In this document: positions 1-9,755 of the stretch, one piece after another
Layout: every line of letters begins with the position of its first letter
How positions within the stretch are numbered: the first letter of the stretch is position 1
Assembly (NCBI GenBank): GCA_038885615.1
Contig: JAVZZP010000001.1
Coordinates: 119,191 to 183,190 of the forward strand
Direction: 5' to 3'
Length of the DNA stretch: 64,000 nt
Source of the DNA: Candidatus Pacearchaeota archaeon
GTDB taxonomy: Archaea > Nanobdellota > Nanobdellia > Pacearchaeales > GW2011-AR1
Program-made: the position numbers and the translations under genes
Notes under the pieces: generated by a model
What the model saw: only the letters and a program-made list of their open reading frames with translations
What the model was told of the DNA's origin: nothing
Databases searched by the model: none

Positions 1-389
1 CTTGGTTTTGTGTGATTTTTTATTTCTTCTAAAATCTTGAAAACTTTTTTCTTTGAGATAAGATGAAAAACTCCTGTCGCAATAATAATATCATAGTTTT
101 CTTTGAATTTGAATTTTTCTAAATCTGTGACAATTGCCCCTAGTTTAATTTTTCTTCTTTTTATTTCTTCTTTAATCTTTTTAATTGCTGTCTTTGAAAT
201 ATCAACACAAACAACCTCAAAACCTTTTTCAGCCAAAAACAAAGAATTTCCCCCCTCACCACAACCCAAATCCAAGACTTTTCCTGATTTTTTGTGCTTT
301 AAAATTTCATTAATAACTTCTTCGTCTTTGTCGAAGTAAAACTTGAAGTTCTTTTTTGAATAAATTTTTTCGAAGAAAAATTTATCTTG
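1..389 (-). CDS. SAM-dependent methyltransferase (class I), 3' end truncated by window edge; start codon uncertain (possibly TTG)
   Basis: Reverse-strand translation gives ...KSGKVLDLGCGEGGNSLFLAEKGFEVVCVDISKTAIKKIKEE..., the canonical MTase motif I (hhDLGCGxG) followed by an acidic motif II. Absent from the ORF track because it runs off the window and has no in-frame ATG. Confidence 0.55.
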
Positions 390-396
390 CGGTATT

Positions 397-1176
397 TTAT
401 TTTTTTTTGAACATACCTCTAAATGCCTCCGCAATAACACCGAAAAACTTGTTTTTTTCTTCTAATTCTCCTAGAATTTGTCTTCTGTATTGTTCATCTT
501 TCATTTTTAATACTACGGTTTTTAAACTAGAAAAAAACCTAGAAAAAATCATTGAAAACAAAATTATCACGCCTACGGAGATTAAGTACCAAATCCATCC
601 CCATATTTCTTGCCTGTAAAAAATAAACTTAAAAAGAAGTTCTGAAATTTTGTCGAAAAATTGAATTTGTGCTAAAATTATTGTAATTCCTAAAGAAATT
701 ATTAAAGAAGTGCTATTTCCAAAAGTTGAAAATGTTGAAAGAATTTTATAAAACTGGTTCCAAAAATAAAACCATAAAATTATGAGAAATAAAAGAGTTA
801 AAGACAAAGAATAATCTTTTCCAAAAAGAACAACAAAAACAATGTTTCCTTTTTTAAAAATTCCATCGAGAAATGCAATTCCTTTATTTTTTAATAGAAT
901 CTCCCGCCAGTTTTTGCTTAAAATTTCCCATTTGTAGTCTTCTTTTGTCATTCTTTCAAGGTTTTTCTGTGTTTCTTCGAGCTTTTTTCCTCCGCTTTCT
1001 ATTTGTTTTCCCAAGTCATCTATATTAGCGGAAAAAACAGAAGATAAATTTCCAACTAGAAGGAAAAGAATTATGAAGATAAAAGCCGTTTTAAATAATT
1101 TTTCTTTCATTTTTTCCTTGCCCGATGAGAGATTATTATCTGCTAATCCAAAAAAGGTTACAATTTTGATTTCCAT
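397..1176 (-). CDS. hypothetical polytopic membrane protein
   Basis: 259-aa ORF with several hydrophobic segments; no recognisable catalytic motif. Confidence 0.4.
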   Translation of the reverse strand: MEIKIVTFFGLADNNLSSGKEKMKEKLFKTAFIFIILFLLVGNLSSVFSANIDDLGKQIESGGKKLEETQKNLERMTKEDYKWEILSKNWREILLKNKGIAFLDGIFKKGNIVFVVLFGKDYSLSLTLLFLIILWFYFWNQFYKILSTFSTFGNSTSLIISLGITIILAQIQFFDKISELLFKFIFYRQEIWGWIWYLISVGVIILFSMIFSRFFSSLKTVVLKMKDEQYRRQILGELEEKNKFFGVIAEAFRGMFKKK

Positions 1177-1414
1177 TTATCAGGATTTTCACGAACATAA
1201 GTTGCCCATCTAACAAGTTCTTCTTCATGTGATTTGTCTCTTTCAACCATCTTTTCTATACTTTCTTATTTTTTCTTTTATTTTGTTAATTTTTTCTTCC
1301 GATATCTTTCCTTCATAAATTATCCTTAAATGTTTTGCGTCTTCTAGGTCTTTTTAACTATTTTTTCATAAAAAATAAAAGAAAAAGAGGTTTTTATGCT
1401 TTTTGAAAAAATTT

Positions 1415-2053
1415 TTAATGAACCCCTTTGCTTAAGTCCGCACCCATCTCAGCAAGAGCTTTTGCAGCGGCTCCTGCTTCTAGTAGTTTTCCTCTAATTC
1501 CTATTTCTTCCTGCATTAATTTTCTTCTAAGAACAAACTCCTTAAATTTGGGAAGAAAAGCTCCAAGGCCAAGCTCAACTAACAAGAAAATGATGAAACT
1601 TGCTGCCAGTCCTAAATAAACTGCAGCTGCCCCAAAACTAACAAATAAATGAGTAACCTTCCCTACAAGTTTTCCGTAGGCTCCGGACATACCACCAATA
1701 ACTGCTAAACAAAAAGCGATTATCCAAGCGATGGTTGAATTAAATGTAGAGAAAGTTTCAATAATGTCTCCAAAAGTGACAAAAATAATCAGCCATATCA
1801 TTAAGAAAATTGTTGTAAAAGCATAAGTTGTAAACTCAATCCCACCAAAAACAGAGATTTTTTCTCCATCCTTAATTCCAAAACCAAAAATATATTCTCC
1901 TACTGCTTTTGAAGCTTCACCAATCCAAGAAACATCTTTTCCAAAAATTGTTCCTTTTTGAGCAATCGCTCCTCCAAAAAGTGATATTATAAAAAGAAAT
2001 CCAACAATTGTAAAAAGCCATTGCTTTCCCCGACTTTCTGCCATAAATATCAA
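1415..2053 (-). CDS. hypothetical membrane protein (tandem paralog of 2173-2835)
   Basis: Multi-TM ORF. Shares the motif FGDI(I/V)xxF(S/G)TF plus flanking helices with the neighbouring ORF. Confidence 0.45.
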   Translation of the reverse strand: MIFMAESRGKQWLFTIVGFLFIISLFGGAIAQKGTIFGKDVSWIGEASKAVGEYIFGFGIKDGEKISVFGGIEFTTYAFTTIFLMIWLIIFVTFGDIIETFSTFNSTIAWIIAFCLAVIGGMSGAYGKLVGKVTHLFVSFGAAAVYLGLAASFIIFLLVELGLGAFLPKFKEFVLRRKLMQEEIGIRGKLLEAGAAAKALAEMGADLSKGVH

Positions 2054-2172
2054 AGAAAAAAAGAGTTTATAAAGGTTTATCTAGAAAGGTTTATTTTATT
2101 TATTGTTGTAAACTCAGAAAAACCAGGAGAGTATCCCCCCGGATTAAAAATATAAAAAAAATAAAAAATAGA

Positions 2173-2835
2173 TTAAGAGTTTCTTCTACTATTTTCCCCT
2201 GCACTCTCTGTTTCTTCACCCATTGCGGCAGCAGCTCTCATACCGGTCCGAATTCTATCAATTCCTAAAGATCTCTTGTACATTAATCTTCTTGCTCTTT
2301 GCCAATTTGCTACTCTTTTCAAACCGAATTGGAGAAGAAGGAATACGATAAAAGGAATAGCTAAAGCTACAGAAACAGAAAAAACACCAAGAGTAGCGGT
2401 AAACATAAAAGACCATGCAGCAATAAGCATTACTAAATTCAAATTAGCCGCTATAATTGCAAGAATTGTACCTACTGTCCAACCAATCCATTTTTCAGAG
2501 AAAGTACCAAAAGCAGCAACAATATCCCCAAAAGTTAATAAAAGAATTAACCAAATTGCAAGAACAATTATTACAGCACTTATCGCATTGGTCTTATCAA
2601 CTAAAAATTGGGGTACTTTTCCAGTAAAAAAGCTAACCCAATTAAAAGATGGCTGGTTTATCGCTTCACCTATTGAAACAGCAGGTTCTATACTTATCTT
2701 AATTTCTCCCTTTAAAGTAGGATTATTTTTAAAATAACTAACCGTACCTATCGTAGCTCCAATAATTATTAATCCTAAAAGAACCCAAACTGCTGGATGT
2801 ACTGCTCCTTTATTATTCATCTTATTTTTCTTCAA
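2173..2835 (-). CDS. hypothetical membrane protein (tandem paralog of 1415-2053)
   Basis: LTFGDIVAAFGTF aligns with IIFVTFGDIIETFSTF in the neighbour; multi-TM. Confidence 0.45.
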   Translation of the reverse strand: MKKNKMNNKGAVHPAVWVLLGLIIIGATIGTVSYFKNNPTLKGEIKISIEPAVSIGEAINQPSFNWVSFFTGKVPQFLVDKTNAISAVIIVLAIWLILLLTFGDIVAAFGTFSEKWIGWTVGTILAIIAANLNLVMLIAAWSFMFTATLGVFSVSVALAIPFIVFLLLQFGLKRVANWQRARRLMYKRSLGIDRIRTGMRAAAAMGEETESAGENSRRNS

Positions 2836-2994
2836 CCTCCTTTCACTGACGTCTAAAAAATTTATTTGACATGTTTTTTAAAGAAAAAGAGGTTTAAAAA
2901 GATTTTTGTTTTAAAAAGATAAATACTCTAATATAATCATAAAAAAAACCATATTAAATTTAAAGCACAGAATGACTGTTACCCTTAATATGTC

Positions 2995-3564
2995 TTATTT
3001 TTTATTTTTTAAAAACCCAAAACCCAATCCTAAAAACGCCAATAAAAAAAATCCGCCAGGCGAAACCAAAAATTCATAATAATCTCTCCATTGCCAAGGC
3101 AATCTCCAAAAAACATCTTCTATAACTCCTGGAAAAATAAATTTCAAAACAGCCCAAACAATTATTCCAAAAAGAGGTCCTGCTACTAGTGAGCTAAAAG
3201 ATTTTTCCATAGCAACATAAAAAGGAAATGTAAGCAAAATAAAAACAACTATAGAAAAAATAAGAACTGCTAAAACTGTTCCTGCACCAAGATATGCTTT
3301 AAGATAATCGCTTTGTGTAAAAGCAAAAGAAATCAAAAGAGAAATACAAAGAGAGATGACTATTACAGGTCCTTTTGCGGTGTTTTCATTTTTTATTCCT
3401 AAAAGTACTTCTCTTAAGCTCTGTTCTTTCTTTCTAAAAAAGAAGTTTGACAAAGCAAGATAACACATAGCAAAAGAAATTAAAAAAACAATAACAAATA
3501 AAGACCATTCGTTTTCTAACAAATCTTTGGGCGAATTAATGTAATATCTCCAAGAGTACATCAC
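2995..3564 (-). CDS. hypothetical membrane protein
   Basis: 189-aa ORF with 4-5 predicted TM helices; stop/start overlaps the next ORF. Confidence 0.4.
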   Translation of the reverse strand: MMYSWRYYINSPKDLLENEWSLFVIVFLISFAMCYLALSNFFFRKKEQSLREVLLGIKNENTAKGPVIVISLCISLLISFAFTQSDYLKAYLGAGTVLAVLIFSIVVFILLTFPFYVAMEKSFSSLVAGPLFGIIVWAVLKFIFPGVIEDVFWRLPWQWRDYYEFLVSPGGFFLLAFLGLGFGFLKNKK

Positions 3565-3827
3565 TGCCTCCTATAACCAACTATCTTATTGCCGTGATAA
3601 ATAGGAACTTCACTCGGATTTGAAGATTGACCAGATTTCATTGAAACTATAAGAATTAATATTCCGACAATTATTAGTCCTAATCCTAAATAAATTGAAT
3701 ACTTTGGAAAATTCTCTTTTGGTATAAACTTTAAAACAGAAGAAATTTTCTCTGACATCTGTGGAATTCTAGAAGAAACTAATACTAAAACTCCCAACAA
3801 AGATGCAATATAACCAAATATTTTCAT
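3561..3827 (-). CDS. small membrane protein
   Basis: 88-aa ORF with two hydrophobic helices; ATGA overlap with the downstream gene. Confidence 0.35.
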   Translation of the reverse strand: MKIFGYIASLLGVLVLVSSRIPQMSEKISSVLKFIPKENFPKYSIYLGLGLIIVGILILIVSMKSGQSSNPSEVPIYHGNKIVGYRRQ

Positions 3828-3885
3828 TTTTCACCTCAGGAATAATTAGAAAAAAGAGTTTTTAAATTAAATTAAAGCCACCTCC

Positions 3886-4067
3886 GAGGATCGAACTCGG
3901 GACCTTTACCTTTTTGGTTGGAAAGACAAGTCTCCTCTTTTTTAGAGGAAGAGAGCACGACAAAGATATACTTGTCGCTATTGTAGTTTCTTCTCTCCAA
4001 GGTCTCTTCTTTTTTAAAGAAGAGAGCTTTACCAAGGTAACGCTCTAACCAACTGAGCTAAGGCGGC
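3886..4067 (-). tRNA. tRNA-Thr(GGU) interrupted by a ~125-nt structured intron in the anticodon loop
   Basis: Minus-strand 5' exon GCCGCCT-TA-GCTC-AGTTGGTTA-GAGC-G-TTACC-TTGGTA. Then ~125 nt containing three hairpins (CTCTTC..GAAGAG, CGACAAG..CTTGTCG, CCTCT..AGAGG). 3' exon (A)GGTAA-AGGTC-CCGAG-TTCGATC-CTCGG-AGGTGGC-T. Acceptor stem pairs 7/7 with one G-U. Anticodon stem TTACC/GGTAA is only restored after removing the insert. Intron position and anticodon (GGU) are inferred. Confidence 0.6.
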
Positions 4068-4103
4068 CTAAAATAAAGAAAAGAAAAGATTTTATAAATT
4101 TAA

Positions 4104-4646
4104 TCACGAAGCTAATGCTAACAAAGAAGAATCTTTTTCTCTTATTTTTCTAGTATTCTCTTCTATAATTGAAGAATAATCTACACCGCTTATTTCTTTA
4201 GCTTCAAACAACAACCATTCAAGAGCTTCTCTATAATGAGGATTTCTTTGAACCTTCTCTTTGTCTATGCCGCAGCATTCTGGATGCTCCAACAAAAAAT
4301 AAAGACGGAAATCCTTGCTTATATGATTTCTTTCTAATTCATCTAATTCTTCATCAGGAGTTAAACTTCTACCTAAAACCCAACTTCTTAAAGAATAAGC
4401 TTTTCTAAATCTTTTGTTTTGTTCATTCATATATAACTTATAATTCAATCTAAAATCAACTACTCTCGCAAAATCATAATAGCTAATAGGATCTCCTTTA
4501 AAAAAAGTATTCTGAAAACACCTCAATAAACATTCAATCCATCTAGGATCTCCGCTCTCGTCAAGAACCCTTATTAAATCAGGTGTTAAAGGCTCACCTC
4601 TTCTAAAAGCATCTATTGTTGCTTGGTCCAAAAAAAAAGTGACCAT
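4104..4646 (-). CDS. hypothetical protein
   Basis: 180-aa ORF, acidic, no recognisable motif. Confidence 0.4.
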   Translation of the reverse strand: MVTFFLDQATIDAFRRGEPLTPDLIRVLDESGDPRWIECLLRCFQNTFFKGDPISYYDFARVVDFRLNYKLYMNEQNKRFRKAYSLRSWVLGRSLTPDEELDELERNHISKDFRLYFLLEHPECCGIDKEKVQRNPHYREALEWLLFEAKEISGVDYSSIIEENTRKIREKDSSLLALAS

Positions 4647-4687
4647 CCTAAAAATATAAGAAAATATAACTATATAAAACTTTCTTT

Positions 4688-5980
4688 TTATGGGGTTAGT
4701 CTATCCCTATCTCTTGGAAACATTGTTGCCTCTTTAATATTATCTAGGCCACAAATAACTTGCGTTAATCTTTCAATACCAATTGCCCATCCTGCATGCG
4801 GTGGAGCCCCATATCTAAAAGAATTAATGTAACTCTCAAAATTTTTGGGATTTAGACCTTTTTTCTTTATCATTTCTTCCAATAATTTAGGAATATGAAT
4901 ACGCTGTCCTCCAGAAGATATTTCAACCCCTAAATAAAGAGCATCAAAACCATAACTCTCTTTTGATTCGGAATTTTCATCTTTTGGCATAATATAAAAA
5001 GGCTTAATTTTTGTTGGCCAAGAATGAGTAAAAACAATATCTCCCGAATACATTTCGCAAAGCTTTTTTTCCTGCTCTGGAGAGAAATCATCTCCAATTT
5101 TTCCACCGACTTTTTTTATTGCTTCTTCATAATGCAAATAAACACCTTTAGGAACTTTAAGATTTTTAACACTTAAAATTTCAAGTTCTTTTTTGCAATT
5201 TTTTAGAACATTTTCAACAACATATTGAACAGATTCTTCCAGAAGTTTCATAATTGAAAACTGATCGTGAAAAGCCGCCTCAACATCAATCATTCTTATT
5301 TCGTTTATGTGTCTTGTAGTATTATGTTTTTCTGCTCTCCAAGCAGGTCCGATAGAAAAAGTTTTTTCCATTGAGCAAGCAAGCATTTGTTTATAAAGCT
5401 GGGGACTTTGTGCTAAATAAGCTTTTTTCTCAAAGTATTGTACTGAAAAAAGTTCTGTTCCTCCCTCGCTAGCCGCTGAGATTATATAGGGGGGTTGAAT
5501 TTCAATAAATTTTTTTTGATAAAAAAATTCCCTAAAAGCGTGACAAATTTCTGTTTGTATTTTAAAAATTGCCTGAATTTTCTCCCTATGAAAATCTAGA
5601 AATCTGTTGTCTAATCTTATAGGCAAATCAGTTTTTGAATAATCTGAAACATCAATAGGCAAGGGATTTTCTGCTTCTGCTAAGATTTTTAAACTTGTTG
5701 GGTTTATTTCTTTTCCTCCTGGAGCTTGTTTAGAATCCTTGATAACTCCTTCAATTTCCACAACCGATTCTCTGTTGATTTTGTCCATCAAAGAAAAAAT
5801 GTCTTTTTCTGTTTCTTTTTCTATACCTACAATTTGAATTCTTCCCGTAATATCTCTTAAAATAATAAATCTAACTTTTTTCAGATCCCTCTTATCATAA
5901 ACCCAACCCTTAACCAAAACTTTTTCTCCTTCTTTCTTTCTAAAAACATCTTCTATATAAGTTCTTTCCATAAAAAACAA
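4688..5980 (-). CDS. aspS: aspartyl-tRNA synthetase, archaeal class IIb (AsnRS not excluded)
   Basis: N-terminal OB-fold (VRFIILRDITGRIQIV). Class II motifs (FREFFYQKKFIEIQPP, motif 3 GAPPHAGWAIGIERL). About 430 aa, typical of archaeal AspRS. The presence of GatA/GatD nearby favours a non-discriminating AspRS. Confidence 0.8.
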   Translation of the reverse strand: MFFMERTYIEDVFRKKEGEKVLVKGWVYDKRDLKKVRFIILRDITGRIQIVGIEKETEKDIFSLMDKINRESVVEIEGVIKDSKQAPGGKEINPTSLKILAEAENPLPIDVSDYSKTDLPIRLDNRFLDFHREKIQAIFKIQTEICHAFREFFYQKKFIEIQPPYIISAASEGGTELFSVQYFEKKAYLAQSPQLYKQMLACSMEKTFSIGPAWRAEKHNTTRHINEIRMIDVEAAFHDQFSIMKLLEESVQYVVENVLKNCKKELEILSVKNLKVPKGVYLHYEEAIKKVGGKIGDDFSPEQEKKLCEMYSGDIVFTHSWPTKIKPFYIMPKDENSESKESYGFDALYLGVEISSGGQRIHIPKLLEEMIKKKGLNPKNFESYINSFRYGAPPHAGWAIGIERLTQVICGLDNIKEATMFPRDRDRLTP

Positions 5981-6075
5981 ACTAAAAGAAGTTTTATAAG
6001 GTTTTTTATTTTATAGATAAATTTAAAAATAGTATTAACTTCAAAGTTACTACAAATAAAAAATATAAACGCAAG

Positions 6076-7155
6076 ATGCCTGTTGATTTAAGAACGAGAA
6101 AACTTGCTCAGTTTGCTGTAAGAGAATGTGTAAAAGTTAGGCCAGGTTACAAAGTAATAATTTCTGGCGGAAGCGAAGCAATTCCTTTTTTGGTAGAACT
6201 TTACAAAGAGATAATTCTACAAAAAGCAATACCTATTGTGAAAGTTGGTTTGCCTGATGTAAATGACTTTTTCTATAAATATGCGACAGAAGAACAATTA
6301 GAGCATTTTCCTCAATATTGGTTTGATACAGTAAAACAAGCTCAATGTTATATTGGCATAGACACTGAAGGAAACACCAGGGAATTGACAAATTGTGACT
6401 CTAAAAAAATTGCTTTGCGAGGAAAAGTTTTGCATCCTATATCTGACTATATATGCAATGAAAAAGATAAAATAAAGAGAACAACAATTGCTTATCCTTG
6501 TTTGGCCTTAGCGCAAGAGGCAAATATGTCTCTTACGGAATATGAAAACTTTGTCTATGGTGCTACTGTAGGTGTTAACTGGAGAGCTTTATCTAGAATA
6601 ATGAAAAAAATTTTGTCAAAGTTTAAGGAAGGAAGTAAAATTCATTTAATTGGAAAAAATGTTGACCTAAAATTTAAAGTACATGGTTCAAAAGCAAAAG
6701 ACGACCTGGATTTTGACAATATGCCGGCAGGAGAAATTTTTATGGCGCCTTTCAGAGAGAGTTTGGAGGGTTGGATAAAATTTGAATATCCCTCAATAAG
6801 AAGTGGAAAAGAAGTCAAAGACATCTTTTTAAGATTCAAAAACGGGAAGGTTGTCGAAGCAAAGGCATCAACTAATGAAGATTTTTTAAAAGAAATGTTA
6901 AAAACAGACGAAAATGCCTCTTATGTTGGAGAGTTTGGTATTGGTTGCAATCCTAAAATAAGTATCTATACAAATAATCTTCTTTTTGACGAAAAAATTT
7001 CCGGGACAATTCATTTAGCATTGGGAATGGCTTACAAAGATAACGGCGGCGGTAACGATTCGGCAATACACTGGGACATTGTTAAGGATATGAAAAAAGC
7101 AAGAATTATTGTTGATGGAAAGACCATACAAGAAAAAGGAAAGTGGGTTTTCTAA
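6076..7155 (+). CDS. aminopeptidase, M29 (AmpS/aminopeptidase T)-like
   Basis: N-terminus KLAQFAVRECVKVRPGYKVIISGG resembles the M29 family start (LAxLLVxYSxxVKxGxxVLI). Length 359 aa. Family assignment is tentative. Confidence 0.45.
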   Translation: MPVDLRTRKLAQFAVRECVKVRPGYKVIISGGSEAIPFLVELYKEIILQKAIPIVKVGLPDVNDFFYKYATEEQLEHFPQYWFDTVKQAQCYIGIDTEGNTRELTNCDSKKIALRGKVLHPISDYICNEKDKIKRTTIAYPCLALAQEANMSLTEYENFVYGATVGVNWRALSRIMKKILSKFKEGSKIHLIGKNVDLKFKVHGSKAKDDLDFDNMPAGEIFMAPFRESLEGWIKFEYPSIRSGKEVKDIFLRFKNGKVVEAKASTNEDFLKEMLKTDENASYVGEFGIGCNPKISIYTNNLLFDEKISGTIHLALGMAYKDNGGGNDSAIHWDIVKDMKKARIIVDGKTIQEKGKWVF

Positions 7156-8558
7156 AACAAAGATATAAAAAACCTTTTTTTACTTATTCTTTTATGCTTG
7201 AAAAAATTTCAAATGCAATAACTAACTCTATAAAGAAAGTAACAAACGCTATTTTTGTAGACAAAAAACTAATCGACTCAATTATAAAAGATTTACAAAG
7301 AGCGCTTATAGAATCAGACGTTAATGTACAGCAAGTTCTAGAAATAACAAAAAAAATAAGAGAAATTGCAATAAATGAAAAAATAAGAGACATAGACAAA
7401 AAAGAGCAAATTATTTCTTTGATACATAAAAGCTTAAGAGAAATTGTTGGTGAGGGAAAACAAATCCAGCTTGGAAGAAAAACTAAAATTCTTCTTCTTG
7501 GGATTTATGGTTCTGGGAAGACAACAACGATAGCGAAACTTGGTTTTTATTATGCAAAAAGAGGTAAGAAGGTTTGCGCTCTTGGTTTAGATACTCAAAG
7601 ACCTGCTGCAATGGATCAATTGGAGCAAATGTGTGAAAAAGCAAAAATAAAGTGTTTTATCGACAAAAAAGAAAAAGATCCTATAAAGATTTACAAAAAT
7701 TTTCAAAAAGAAATTGAAGAATATGAGTTGGTTTTAATTGATAGTGCCGGAAGAGATGCTTTAAACAAAGAACTTATAGATGAAATAAAAAAAATAGAAA
7801 AAAATCTTAAACCGGATTACAGGATTCTAGTTATATCAGCAGACATAGGACAGGCGGCAAAAAAACAAGCTTCCGAGTTCAAAAATGCTCTCTCTATAGA
7901 TGGAGTTATTATAACAAAAATGGATGGCACTGCAAAGGCAGGTGGAGCAATAACTGCTTGTGCTGAAACAAAAGCCCCAATTTTTTTTATTGGTAGTGGA
8001 GAAAAGATTCATGACTTAGAAAGTTTTGATCCCGACTCTTTTATTTCAAGAGTGTTAGGGATGGGTGACTTAAAAGCCCTCTTGGAAAAAGTACAAACGG
8101 CTATCGACGAAAAACAACAAAAAAGAATTGAAGAAAAATTAAAGGAAGGAAAACTAACTCTTGAAGATTTCTATGAACAAATAGAATCAATGAATAAGGT
8201 TGGCAGTTTTGATAAACTAATTTCTATGATTCCTGGTTTTGGTCAGGCAAAAGTTCCAAAAGAAATGTTAGAAAAACAAGAAGAAAAACTAAGAAGATGG
8301 AAATATGCAATTCAGTCAATGACGAAAGAAGAAAAAGAAAATCCGGAACTTTTCGAAAAACAAACTTCTAGAATATCGAGAGTTGCAAAGGGGGCAGGAA
8401 TTACAACTTCAGAAGTGAGAGAATTGCTAAAGCAGTATAAATTAATGAACGATTTAATAAAATCACAAAGTTCTTTGGAAGGAATTCAGGAAGGAAAATT
8501 AGATAAAAAAACTATGATGAAAATCGCAAAAAAGTTTAAAGGAAAGATAAAACTATGA
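7143..8558 (+). CDS. srp54: signal recognition particle protein SRP54
   Basis: NG-domain GTPase motifs LLGIYGSGKTTT, DTQRPAAMDQL, DSAGR, TKMDGTAKAGGA. C-terminal Met/Lys-rich M domain. True start may be the internal Met (MLEKISN...) about 17 codons downstream. Confidence 0.9.
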   Translation: MGFLKQRYKKPFFTYSFMLEKISNAITNSIKKVTNAIFVDKKLIDSIIKDLQRALIESDVNVQQVLEITKKIREIAINEKIRDIDKKEQIISLIHKSLREIVGEGKQIQLGRKTKILLLGIYGSGKTTTIAKLGFYYAKRGKKVCALGLDTQRPAAMDQLEQMCEKAKIKCFIDKKEKDPIKIYKNFQKEIEEYELVLIDSAGRDALNKELIDEIKKIEKNLKPDYRILVISADIGQAAKKQASEFKNALSIDGVIITKMDGTAKAGGAITACAETKAPIFFIGSGEKIHDLESFDPDSFISRVLGMGDLKALLEKVQTAIDEKQQKRIEEKLKEGKLTLEDFYEQIESMNKVGSFDKLISMIPGFGQAKVPKEMLEKQEEKLRRWKYAIQSMTKEEKENPELFEKQTSRISRVAKGAGITTSEVRELLKQYKLMNDLIKSQSSLEGIQEGKLDKKTMMKIAKKFKGKIKL

Positions 8559-9316
8559 GAATAGTCATAAAAATAGGTAGTTCTTTAACAAAAAAAGATG
8601 GAACTTTCAACGACGAATTAATAAAAAAAAGAGTGGAAGAAATTTCAGCAATAAATAAAGAAAAAGAGATAATTCTAGTAAGCTCTGTGGCAATAGCATG
8701 CGGGATGGAAATAGAAAGTTTAAAAGAACGCCCTAAAGATAGCTTTAATTTGCAAATTCTTTCTGGCGAAGGACAAGTTTTACTGATGAAAAAATATTAC
8801 GAGTTTTTTTCTGAAAAAAATGTTAAGATAGCCCAGGTCTTATTAACACACCATAATTTTTCAAAAAAAGAAGAAAAAGAAACAATAAAAAAAATTCTTG
8901 AAGAATTTATGGAGAGAAAAATAATTCAGATAATAAATGAAAATGATATGGTTTCAAAAGAAGAAATAGAATACAAAAAAATATTTACAGATAATGATAT
9001 TTTGGCTGCTTTAGTTTCTTTGCTTGTAAAAGCCGACTTGCTTATTATTTTAACAGATGTTGACGGATTGTATACAAAAAATCCTAAAGAAGATGGTGCT
9101 GTTTTAATAAAAAAAATAACAAAAATAACAAAAGAAATTAAAAAAATGGCAAGAGGTGAAACAAACTCTTATGGAACAGGTGGAATGTACTCAAAAATAA
9201 TTGCTAGCGAAATGCTTTTAAAAAAAGGAATTTCGACTATAATTGCAAATGGAAATTATTCTCTTATTGACATTTTAGAAAATAAAGTTAAAAGAACAAC
9301 AATAGAACATGAATAA
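8555..9316 (+). CDS. amino-acid kinase family protein (glutamate-5-kinase-like / isopentenyl-phosphate-kinase-like)
   Basis: MRIVIKIGSSLT...IILVSSVAIACG...ILTDVDGLYTKNP matches the carbamate/amino-acid kinase fold (ProB-like VxSGAIAAG; DVDGxYxxxP). Substrate is not assignable from sequence. Confidence 0.55.
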   Translation: MRIVIKIGSSLTKKDGTFNDELIKKRVEEISAINKEKEIILVSSVAIACGMEIESLKERPKDSFNLQILSGEGQVLLMKKYYEFFSEKNVKIAQVLLTHHNFSKKEEKETIKKILEEFMERKIIQIINENDMVSKEEIEYKKIFTDNDILAALVSLLVKADLLIILTDVDGLYTKNPKEDGAVLIKKITKITKEIKKMARGETNSYGTGGMYSKIIASEMLLKKGISTIIANGNYSLIDILENKVKRTTIEHE

Positions 9317-9755
9317 AAAATTGATAGTGAATTTACTTGTAGTTTTATTTTTTTTAGTTTCTTTTATTTTATCAATAAATATGAATTTAAACAAACCGGA
9401 AGAGGTTTGCTCTATTAAAACATGCGATATTGTAAGAAACTCCCAATATTCTAAGATTTTTGGCCTTGAACTGACTTTGATTGGGATGTTTGTATTTTCA
9501 ATTATGATTTTTCTTGTAATTCTCTCTTATTATAGCAAAAAAATATTTACATTAACTAAAATATTCTCTTTTTTTATCCTAATTTTTGCATTTTATCTTA
9601 TTTATTTACAGCTTTTTGTTATAAAGGCAATATGCGATAGATGTTTAATTGTGGATATATCTTCAATAATAGCAAGCCTTTTGTTAATATTTCAAAATGG
9701 AGGAAAAAATAATTTCTCAAGGAGCAGAAGCAAAAATAAAACTAATAGAAAATAA
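9309..9755 (+). CDS. vitamin K epoxide reductase (VKOR) family disulfide-generating membrane protein
   Basis: Loop cysteines CSIKTC followed by the VKOR signature C-x2-V-x2-S-x-Y-(A/S)-x2-FG (CDIVRNSQYSKIFG). Last TM carries the CxxC redox motif (AICDRCLIV). Four TM segments. Confidence 0.65.
   Translation: MNKKLIVNLLVVLFFLVSFILSINMNLNKPEEVCSIKTCDIVRNSQYSKIFGLELTLIGMFVFSIMIFLVILSYYSKKIFTLTKIFSFFILIFAFYLIYLQLFVIKAICDRCLIVDISSIIASLLLIFQNGGKNNFSRSRSKNKTNRK

Noticed and set aside
103-619. Plus-strand ORFs 103-339 and 356-619
   Set aside because: Low-complexity translations that are antisense to the methyltransferase gene and to the 397-1176 membrane-protein gene. No motifs; judged to be shadow ORFs.
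4688-5980. Assigning the class IIb synthetase as AsnRS rather than AspRS
   Set aside because: Both are ~430 aa with the same motifs. AspRS favoured only because amidotransferase subunits are present; left flagged as uncertain rather than calling asnS.
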